DNA of 64,000 nucleotides, taken from assembly GCA_024679065.1 (NCBI GenBank), contig JAGIQG010000015.1, positions 64,914,001 to 64,978,000 of the forward strand, read 5' to 3'. Below, in pieces: positions 39,392 to 49,645 of the stretch. The position numbers and the translations under genes were made by a program. This DNA is from Sphyrna mokarran. Taxonomy: Eukaryota. Each line of letters opens with the position of its first letter. Positions within the stretch are counted from its first letter, which is position 1. Below the pieces are notes generated by a model. The model saw only the letters and a program-made list of their open reading frames with translations, did no database searches and was not told the DNA's origin.

Positions 39392-41422
39392 GCCTCTGAT
39401 GCTGCACATGTACATTAGCAGTAGCAGCTTTCTGAAGACAAGAGAGAGCTGTGAGGCCCCTGCTATTGCAGGCTGCCTGAAGCAGCTCCCCCCACCAAAT
39501 TGGGGGACCCACGGCATGAGACTTAACCCCACCAACTTCCCATCGTCCAGGCCGATCAGAACAGCCTTTCCTCAACGATCGCAGACCCCCTCGTCTTTCC
39601 TCAACCGATTACTATACAGTGGCAGCAAACCCTCTCTCCTTCTCACCACTCCCCACCAATCCCTGCGAAGCGGCAGAGAGTCCCCTCTCCCCACCGATCC
39701 GAGTGGCAGTGGGCTCCTTTCATTAGCCCTGCCATGGTGGGTATTGCCCAGGTGTCAGGGTGGCACTGCCTATTTGGCACTGCCCATCGGGCAATGGGGA
39801 GCATGTCTATTCCTCAATGGCACGAACCTTTCCCAGAGAGGTCATAAGTGGGGGGAGCTAAGCCCAGACAATTGAGCGTCGGGCTCAGTAAGCAGATGCA
39901 AGTGTTCATTTTAATAGATTTAAATATATTAACCTGCTTCTCGCCATTTCCGGTGAGAGGCTGACCACGCCAAGTATTTGGTGCTTGTAAAATGATGCCT
40001 GCCACGGAAACTGGCACCAATCACACTCAGTACTTTATGGCCCACTTTAAGAAAATGGACACAACGCAACAGTAAAATTGCTTCCTTAGTTTTAGTTCTA
40101 ATATGTTGTTTGCCGATCTCATTCATGAGTTTTAAAATTATCTTCTCATAAGAAACAAAGATTTCAGTTCATTTAACCAAAATAGTTTTCATTCTGTCTT
40201 TGCTGGATATAAATGTTAAAAGTCACACTTCCTACAAATGCTCAGAACAATCAGACAAAACCTAATTACATTACACATGGTTTTATCTGCATGCCAATGA
40301 AGAGATGGTGAACCAATCACGAAGGCACGAAACTCACTAGTCTTGAATACTGAAATTAAATGCAACTGTCTCAAGTGAAGGGAATCTAGGCTGAAGCAAC
40401 ATTACTTGATCAAATGTATCTCAGATATGCCTACTTAAGACAAAATTCAAATTCCATATGTTACTTGTCAAATTGTTCAACTATCCAGTCACCATTCATG
40501 AATTGGGATAATATTATTCAACTGAACATCCTGCTGAGACAGAGCAACAGTTTGCAACAAAATACACAGGACTACACTGATAAACTCTTTCTGTGCTGCT
40601 CTATTCAGATTTTATTCCTCACAAGAAAGATATACTTTAAGTTTCTCTTGGCCACATGGGATGATGGGCTAAACAGCCCAACAAGTGGTTATACCACGTT
40701 TCAATGGATTTGTTAACACCATCAGGCTAACAACAATTCAGCACAACACACCAAATGCAGAAAGTTTCAACATTCTGAAACTAGAGTTAAGATAGATAGT
40801 TACAATTTAACTGAAAGCTGTTCTGGAAACATAAACTCAATAACTTTGAAATGGATTAGGTCTGCCAATTACATTGCCAGGCATCTCAAATAAACCCACT
40901 GTGCCACTTTCGAATTTACTACATATTTGACTCGTACTCTATATTAACTTGCCTATCCTTTGTTGAACCCTGCTAGTTAATCTTCTTCACAATAGCACAT
41001 CAGGTAATTTCTACAGCAAGAAAGTTAATGGGTGTTTGAAGACTGAATAACCTAATGGATCAATGCACTGTGTTAATTTATAGAAGCAACAAGGTCCGGA
41101 TTGAAAATGGAAATTTCACACTGTTGCAGTAGAGGTATTTTGGGACTGTATTAATACACCTTTAACCTATCCTACAAGTCCCATGAGCATGCTTGATGGA
41201 GGGAGGCAGTGAGTGAATTTTACTGATCTTAAAAAGTATGGAGTGCATCAAACCAAGTTAACAAAAAGAGCCAATTGTCTGAATATTAAAGGAAATAGAC
41301 AATAAGTTCAAGTTTTTATTGCCAATATAAAATAAAAAAGATTATTTTGTTGTAAAATTTGAAAAATTGCATGAAATAACAAGACATGGTATATTTGTTA
41401 TTCTTTTAAAGTCTTTGCTTAC

Positions 41423-42531
41423 CTTTCAGTTGTTCTCTTCGGTTTTGTGCTCATTTCTGCATTAAATTCACTTGTTTTTGGTATCTCAGTTTCTGGGGAT
41501 TCTTCCTCTTCATCAGTGTTATACAATTCCCCATCAAAACCTGCACCCGGAGATGCATGGATTTCACCCGGCATCTTCTTGTGCTTAGACTTTGTCTCAG
41601 ACTGTCCCTCACTTTTAATTTTCAAGTGCCCGCTGGACTCGGTTACACTTTTGGAAGAAGCAGAATCATCACTGCAACCTCCGTCTGTTGATTCATTGCT
41701 TCGGTGCCTCAACTCCCGCATTGGCTTACTGTTTAGCCCATCATCCCGAAAGCCTTTTGCAAATGGATTGAAGTCAATCTTCAGTTGAGTGATCTTTATG
41801 TTCTGATAAGCAGTCACTGCCACAAACTCAGTCTGTGGAAAAGTGAAGGTGAGTACATTTGGGCCATTAAGGGGAATTACATCAGTGAGTTTGTCAGCAG
41901 GAATGACATGCAAGCGTGGCAGGTACCGATGCATGGAATGCAGGATGATGTGACCTTCTTGGTCAAGAGTATTGTTGGTAAGTTTCAGTTTGTAAAAGGA
42001 GATAGGTTGCCTCATCCAGTAGCTCCCACTGGAAGGTGAATTAGGATGAATGTACACCCTGCCAAGGACATGTGGTTCCGCTTTACCATTTACCTCCCAC
42101 CAGCGCCCATTCCACTTATAGCGGTGGTTGTCAACAGGAGCAATATCCATTACTAAAATGTACTTCCGTGAAGAATCTAGCCCCGTGATGCAGAACCTAC
42201 AATTTGGGAACATGCGCCGGCCGTGTTTTGTGAGGATCATCTCTGTGCCACGCTTATAAAACTGACTCCACATCTCCTGGTTCTCTAAAGTGACGCAGAC
42301 ATTTCCAGAGTAGCACTCAAATGGGTGGCGGACTCTCCCTGGTCCCAATTTGTTCCTTTTTTCCAAGATGCAACCAACACCCCCGAGTTCTTGTTTAGCC
42401 ACCAACATACTGCGCTCAGTGCCACCACTCCCAGGTGCCTGCTTGAGAATGACAAAGTATGCAGCAGGTGTGCCCGAGTTTGATGAAGTATTGGTCTCCT
42501 GCTTTGCATACACTAACTGCTGATTCTCCAT
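41423..42531 (-). CDS. MGA: MGA coding exon 2 (start codon and entire T-box domain); exon including 5'UTR part spans 41423-42627
   Basis: ORF 41419..42531 has T-box motifs TLENQEMWSQF..GTEMILTKHGRRMFP, LKLTNN, HSMHRYLPRLH, FPQTEFVAVTAYQN..ITQLKIDFNPFAKGFRD. Acceptor tcttacag| at 42628, donor AAG|GTAAG at 41422. 1109 coding nt, ends phase 2. Confidence 0.97.
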
Positions 42532-43464
42532 ACTCTTTAGAGGTCAAAGCCCATCCGACAGAGAAAGAGAGAGAGAGAGAAAGAGAGACATCCAAAACCT
42601 GTCGTCAAGAGAGGCCCATTTACCACCCTGTAAGATACAAATAAAAACATTTACAGCATCAAATAAATTCCAGCAGGATCTTAAGATCAATTTCACTGCA
42701 GCTCATGTATCCAAGAACTTCAACTCTCAGCTCCAAATTAACATGCATCAGTGCCATACAATGAATTCTGATACTAAAAACAAAGCTTCCTGGCAGGGAG
42801 TGAAAATTCAATCATTTCAGGTGAATACTGTGTATTGCATGGGTTGGATCCACTTTTCTGATATGGATCACATTCAATTAGGGTCCCTGACGTCTTTCTT
42901 CCATAACCAGAAAGCAGGCTGTCAGACGCACAATATTTAATTTTCCCGGTGTATTTCATGAACGAGCACAGTACAGAAGAAACTTATTGCTATAAAAACG
43001 AAACCAACACATGCATCAGTCTTAAAGTCCTGTAACTGGCAAGTAACATGGAAAGTTTATTCAGTACTCCAATATTGTTTTTAAAAAGAACACACTTCTC
43101 TAGTATTAGGAAAAAATATTTATATGAATTAGGTTTTGTTTGTTATCTTCTAACCTGGAGCCAAAACCAAGATTTTCCTTTGTATTTCATCCCAAACAAG
43201 ACTGAAAAAAAATTGCAATGCTCGAACCCAGTTCTATAATCAAACAAACCAAAACTCATACCTGTGCAAGACCCACATGGAAAAGTCCCAAAGCCCAATT
43301 TCCATGACTGTTAATGAAACAATACAGTAGCAATACTTGGATAAATGTCCACCTATCTGATTCAACCAGTGGTTCAAAGCACAGAAATTTCTGAAAAGAA
43401 TATTCAGATACATGAAAAATTTCAACTGTTTCAAAGTTTACAAACACTACATTAATGGTGTCTT

Positions 43465-43730
43465 AGGGGTTAGAACCGCTGCCTCACAGCTCCATTCCAA
43501 CCTTGGACAATTGTCTGTGTGGAGTGTGAATTCTCCTCATACCTGCATGGTTTCCTCCAGATACTCCGGTTTCCTCCCACAGTTCAAAGATGAGCAGGTT
43601 AAGTGGATTAGCTATGGGAAATGCATAGAGTTACAGGGATAGGCTAGAGGAGAGGGTATGATGCTCTAGAGTTCGTGCAGACTTGATGGAACCAATGGTT
43701 TCTTCTGCACAGTAGAGGTTCTATAATTCT
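43465..43730 (+). mobile_element. HE1/V-SINE-like SINE
   Basis: GCTGCCTCACAGCTCC..TGTCTGTGTGGAGT..CTCCGGTTTCCTCCCACAG..AAAGATG.GCAGGTT. Confidence 0.8.
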
Positions 43731-43914
43731 GTGCATTAGGCAGAATAAAAATTACAAATAGTAATCTTGGAAAATGCATGTTGACTGCCACTAGCAATAG
43801 ACAGCAACAGTAAGACTGAAGTATTCCATCAGCTTCTCAGTGCAATCATAAATTGCTTCAGTTTCATAACTAGGCACTCTAGTCACATATACACTATCCT
43901 CTCAACTAAATACC

Positions 43915-44226
43915 ATCACTTCTTGGCCTTTTGGCTAGGATCAAATGTAGTATTGACATGCTGTGCTTAGTTGAAGTCATTAGGTTGCATTTTAGCTTCA
44001 TTTGAAACAATTTTTAAAAGCAGCAACTCAACCTTTTGGCTAAGATGCAAATGAGATCAAGCCTTGGAGAGGAGCTATGCCTACTCCAATCAGCTTGGAG
44101 TATGTTAATCAAGCCCAAGACAGGAGGTGAGAGTCCTGTCTTGTCAGCTTGGATAGCGAATATCTCAACTTGTTCAGACTCTGAATTGGATTTGATTTGA
44201 TTGAATTGGAATAAAAACAAAAAAAC
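43915..44226 (+). mobile_element. U2 snRNA-headed SINE-like element or U2 chimeric retrocopy
   Basis: 43915-43953 matches U2 nt 1-39 at 35/39. Second U2 fragment CCTTTTGGCTAAGAT at 44032-44046. 3' end of GATTT-like repeats then an A-rich tail. Confidence 0.75.
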
Positions 44227-45379
44227 AGATACCAGATGATATTTTGTTCGAACATCTAATATTATCTATAAACTATTCAAACTTCTCAATGAAATTCTAG
44301 CAACTTTCTCCCAGGCATCTATCAATCTACATACATATAAATTAACCTTAATTTTTCAAATTAAATTCCAGTCCACAGCTCATTTCAAAATATATTTAAT
44401 TCTGTACAGAACAAACAGAAAAAAAAGTAATTCTCGCAATGTTTTGCTGGCTATTTGGTGTAAACTCTAATTAAACAACTAAATAAAGAATGAGGAAATA
44501 GAAGTCAATTTCTGATCTTTTGCATAGTTACAATTTTGTTTACTCCACCTTTGGGCCCCTAACTCTGAAGACATCTCAAGTTCTGTCTCCCCTAACAAAG
44601 AATTTGAACACCTGTCCTTATCTTCTTCTATGAACTGGGATGATATTTTTGATTTGTTAACACTGCAAAGAGGTGCCTTGGAACATTTTATGTGCTAAAG
44701 ATGCTGTATAAATTTAAGTTGTTAAACAAAATGGTCATCTCAATTTGACCTATTATGTGTACAATTATAATATTTGTCAAGTGAGTAATGCAAAGATGGT
44801 TAGTAGCAGAGCATAAAATACAGATGATAAATGAAGTAAATCAGATTCTAATTCATTAATAACTATTCCTAAAACTATTAAACATCGTTTTAAATGTGTG
44901 GAATAGATTGATCAAACAATTCTGCAATGCTCCAAGAAGAACTGACCCCGTGACTAAAAATGTGTTTATCTGCTGTGTAGTACAGGAAATATTCAAGTTT
45001 ATCTCAAAATATTAGTATGCGGAATAAAAAGTTACACATTAAATTGTTAAACTGTAAAACATAAAATTTAAACTTCTGTTTCTCTATTGGCTATTGGGTT
45101 TTGTTATTGTTCCATCAAATACTGTTTTTTTAAAAATAAACATATAAACAAGCTCATAACTCAGGACAATCATGGGTCTACTAATGTCACAACCACCAAT
45201 GTGCTTTTCAGATCTCCAATCTGCAAAACGACAACATTCAAATTGTGTAAATACCTACTTGCATACATCCAATTATCCACGGGACAAAATTGATGAACAA
45301 AAACAATTTTCACCAGTCTGATTACGCTACACGAATCAGAGGGAGAATGTGGAGGATACATAGCTTCTCTAAAAGAGAG

Positions 45380-45860
45380 GGGCTGAGCGACCAGGGACTG
45401 AAATCGACAGAGAGCGTACTGCGCTCGATGTACTCTGCCTTGTTCAGACAGGTTTCACTCTGATGGTCCCTCTGCAGCGCCCTAGACTCCGGTGGATCAG
45501 GCCGTCACCGGGAAGGGGTTGAGTAGGTGGCTCAGTGCGAATACTGCCGGTCAATCACCGGAGCCGCTTTCAGTTTCCTCCTCCCCACGTGAACGGGAGT
45601 TGTTGCCGCCTCAGGCCCCTCCAATCGAGCTCCCGCGACCCGATTTGGCGCCTTCTTCAATCCACCTCGGCCCCGACTCGGAGCTTTGAGACCCCCACCC
45701 ACAAACTCTCAACTCCCATCTCTGAGCCATGATAAGCTGCCCGACCCTACCCAGCGACAGAGAGGGCGAAGGGCAGGAACAGCTCAGCCGAGCGGCCCCC
45801 AGACTCGGCGACACTGTCAGCGGTCAGGTACGGCGACCAGCAGCGGTGCTGGAGGCATTG
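45380..45860. promoter_or_regulatory. Second CpG-rich block in intron 1 with an E-box (CACGTGA 45586-45592)
   Basis: CpG-dense and GC-rich; E-box read directly. Confidence 0.45.
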
Positions 45861-46500
45861 GATCCCGAGACAACAACAACATCCAGAGGCGTGACAATAA
45901 CCCACCCCGACCCTGGGGATCAGAACCCGGGACAATATCTCACCCCGACCCTGGGGATCAGAGCCCGGGACAATAACCCACCCCGACCCTGAGGATCAGA
46001 ACCCGGGACAATAATCCCGACCCTGGGGATCAGAGCCCAGGATAACCACCCCGACCCTGGGGATCAAAGCCCGGGACAATAATTCACTCCGATCCTAGGA
46101 TCAGAGCCCAGGACAATAACTCACCTCGACCTAGGAATCAGAGTCCAAGACAACTACACCCAGAGCCTGAAACAATTAGCCACCCCGGCAGCCTGACCCT
46201 TGGCAACAAAGCCGGGGGCAACAACCCACTCCGACCCCGGGGATCAAAGCCCAGGATAATAATACCTAGAGCCCGGGACAATAACACATCCCCCGACCCT
46301 GGGGATCAGAATCCGGCACAACAATCTACCCCGACTCTGGATCCGAGCCGGGTACAATAACCCACTCCGACTCTGGAGATCAGAGCCCAGGAAAACAACT
46401 CCTCCAAGGGATCAGGGCTCGGTACAATAATCACCACCCTCCCCAACCCGAAGGATCAGAGCCTGGACAAACCAACACCAACACCCTCCCCCATCCCAAA
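45860..46500. repeat. GC-rich minisatellite, ~35-39 bp unit (CCCCGACCCTGGGGATCAGAGCCCGGGACAATAA..), degenerating rightwards
   Basis: GACCCTGGGGATCAGA and CCCGGGACAATA blocks recur from ~45900 to ~46450. Confidence 0.9.
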
Positions 46501-47749
46501 CAATCCCCGTCAGAGCGCGGGGCAATACCACCATTCCTCCCCCCCCCCAACTTAACATATGCACACTGGGGTTCAAATTCCGGAAAAATAGCGCCTTCCC
46601 ATCGTGGGATCAGAGCCATGGAAAACAACGCGCTTTCAACACCCCAGCACTAGGAATGAGAGCCCGGAATCTCCACCAGCTTGACACAACGTGGCCCCAT
46701 TTAGTTCCTTTCCGAAGAGGAAGGGAGGCACTAACGACCCTACTTGATTCTTGAATCTCCTTCCTGGGGAGAAGCCAACTCCTTTCCTTTCCCCCATTAC
46801 TGACGCCCATATCCCAACTCAAAAGGAAGGAATTAGGGGTTCATCAAGCCCCAGAACAAAAAACAAAACGGTTTCCCCGGGAGCCAAAAGCATTTAAGGG
46901 TCTGTGTTCCTCCCAGTGACGATCCCCATGATTGGTGTTTGTGTGAACAAACCTGGGCGGGGTGGGCGTTACCACATCTGTCAACACCAAAAGATGCTGT
47001 TTGTTACCATTCTTTCCAGAGCCGAAAGATGCCCTGGCTTTGCATCCTGGGTTTCACACTTCCATCCCAGATTCCCTCCTCCCAAAGCAACTCAACCTCT
47101 TTTCAACCCGGTAATTTTACTGGGCACAGGCCAGGGTTCAAGCCGTGGGCCTCTCGATTTACCAGCAAACACGATGCCAAAACAAATCTGCAGGAATTGA
47201 AAATTAAGGATTGCAAACTCCCGCTCTGGTAAGGCACCTTGCATCAATGCATAGGAATCACAAACAAAAGCATGCCGTTCGTTATTTTTCTTAAAGAAAT
47301 AAATACAATCAACATCCGCTCCACTGTCCTTTAAACCTTTGGGACCTGAAATCCAGGCGATACTATCGTTTAAGTGAGACAGACCTCTTACCCTATTATG
47401 TGGAAAATAGTCCCCGCTCTCGTTTGCCTCCTGCAAATTCACATCCATCAACGAGACCCTTGAATCTGGGAGCGGTCCTGTGTCAATCGCCAAAGCAAAC
47501 TCTTCCACCGTTGACAAGTCCTTTCCCTCTTTATTTCTCAACCACAAGGCCACGATGCTCACAATGAAACTTTGTGCTGTGTGAATTTAGAGGGATAGGA
47601 AGTGGTAAACATCCCAACCGGTGCTGGGTGTCCCTATCCTTGCAATATGGGGTGGCAGAGTTTTTCGCATGCGATTGTTCCCAGACTGGGGACAAGGGCG
47701 GTTTCCCACTAGGTGCTAATTTCTGCACCAACTCCGCCTTGATGGCCAA

Positions 47750-48600
47750 TTCCCCTCCCCCGCGCCCAAAGAAAAACCAGATCCTTTCCGCACAGCCACC
47801 TCCTACGGCTCTCTGGTCGCTTTCTGTTTACCTCTCTTCGCTCCCCCTTTTGGTTTTAATCTCAGGGCTACTTTGCTATCTTCCTCCACCCTCTCCTGCT
47901 CCCAGATCCCGCTCCCTCTCTCGCCCGCCCCCCCACACCTCGCTCGCTATCACGTGCTCCCTGCCTTGTTTTGTTGCTGCTGCCGCCCGTCGAGCGGTGC
48001 ACCCTGGGAAGGTGGAGGAGTGGGATTTGTAACAGCAGCTGGCCCGCCTGGGCGCGTGTGAAAAACCAGGGGCCTGGCCCGTGCGCGCTGCGCCTGCGTG
48101 CGTGCGTGCCTCCTCCCTCACCCCACTTCACACGCGACACCAAAGCCGAGAAAAAAAATTGCAACCCCCGTCCCTTCCAATCTACGATACCTTTTTCGGC
48201 CTTCCCCCAAACCCTTCGGGCTATCTCATCGGGTTATCTTGGTTTATACGACCAAAGCATCCCCCCACCCCTCTGCTTTCTTCCGCTCCAACTCTATTGC
48301 TGCGTGTGACCTAACGGCTGGGAACATGCGTGCGCACTGACGCTGACGGCAGCAGCGCGCCTGCGCCGTGGGCTTGGGCTCCCACCTGCGCCTGCGCGCA
48401 GCCTCCCCGCCTTACACCGCTCGGCCCGATGATCGCCCCCTCCCCAGTACGCATGCGCGCGACGGGGGCGAGGCAGGCAGGCCTCCACCGATAGCGCATG
48501 CGCAGAGAGAGGAAGAGCCGAGGGGAGTCCGCGCCTCGAGGAGACGCGAGGGGTCTCTGGTGAGCATGCGCATTCCTCAGCTGACAGCCCTGCGGGCTAA
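47750..48600. promoter_or_regulatory. CpG-island promoter of MGA with multiple NRF1-type motifs
   Basis: Dense CpG in a CpG-poor background. GCGCATGCGC 48494-48503, ACGCATGCGC 48449-48458, GCGCCTGCGC 48357-48366 and 48388-48397, GAGCATGCGCA 48562-48572. ZNF143/THAP11-like TTACAAATCCCA (minus strand) 48021-48032. Confidence 0.8.
47832..48060 (-). other. MGA: Putative non-coding MGA exon 1 (TSS position approximate)
   Basis: Donor GAG|GTAAAC at 47831 at the edge of the CpG island; GC-rich and directly downstream (minus strand) of the NRF1 cluster. Inferred, no transcript evidence. Confidence 0.5.
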
Positions 48601-49440
48601 AATTAGGGAGTTCTGGAGCGCAAAACGTTGGTGCAAAGTAATGACTTCGACGGTGGGAGTCAGGGGATGGGGAATTGAAGTAGGAGCATGTCCCCTCTGC
48701 AAAAGAACTGACCAGTTAGTGGAAGCACTGGCTAAGGGGCTCTACAAACAGAGCGGGAAGCACGCAGTGCTGTTTGCCATCATTGTAACACTTCGCAACA
48801 CTGACAATGTATCCGGCATTCATTCACACAGGCAGCACCAGTTCACTAGATCCACTCTTCATCCATTAATCTGATCCTTTATGTATGAATCTCTTCCCCT
48901 CCCCCCCAGCACTTTCCTTCCACCTTGAAATGCCAACATTGATCATTCTCTTTGCCTGGGAGAGTCATTTTGTTTGGAGTTGTTAAAGGGCGTCATATAA
49001 ATACTTTTTTTCTGACATCCCAGTGTGTAGTGAGCGAATTGATGGTGTACCTTTTTTCTGCAAAGTTGTTTATTGTTTAGTGAGGTTATTTCCGTGCATT
49101 AAACCTACTTTTATATTCTTACGAGTCATTTTTGGCAGTTACTGATAAAGGAACAAGAGGTAGCACGGAACTCGTCCGAACTGTTTGAAGCTTCAAGTCC
49201 ATCATTATTCCATATACATTCCAATGAACGTACAAATGTCCGTACGTTTCAATTATTAACGTTTGTAACTGCTTATGTTCTAGGTAAGACATATATTAGA
49301 AAGACAAATGTAATGATCTCCTTTTATTGCAAGAGAATTGGAATGTAGCGCTTTCGTACAACCTGGAGTATATAGTTTTGGTCTTATCTAAGTACTCCAA
49401 ATAAGGTCTCACCAATGCCTTATACAACTGAAGCATAAGG

Positions 49441-49645
49441 CAACAGAAAACGCTGGAAAATCTCAGCAAATCTGAGTAGGTCTGCCAGCATCTGTGGAGA
49501 GAGAAAAGAGCCACTGTTTCGAATCAGGATTTTGAGTTATCCTAACTGGAAACGATGGCTCTGTTCTCTCTCCCACAGATGCTGTCAGATTTGTTGAGAT
49601 TTTCCAGCATTTTCTATTTTTGTTTCATCCGCACTACTTTGCTTT
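49441..49645. mobile_element. Inverted pair of a common shark Penelope-like repeat (related single arms at ~8620-8710 and ~24068-24195)
   Basis: ACAGAAAACGCTGGAAAATCTCAGC..CAGCATCTGTGGAGAGAGAA followed by its reverse complement. Confidence 0.6.

Noticed and set aside
43915-44110. Functional U2 snRNA gene
   Set aside because: Only nt 1-39 match, and I recognised no Sm site, 3' stem-loops or PSE.
47092-47562. 156-aa sense-strand ORF in intron 1
   Set aside because: No recognisable domain, no evident fit into the MGA exon chain, and plausible by chance.
47500-48900. Numerous overlapping ORFs on both strands
   Set aside because: Expected from stop-codon scarcity in a CpG island.
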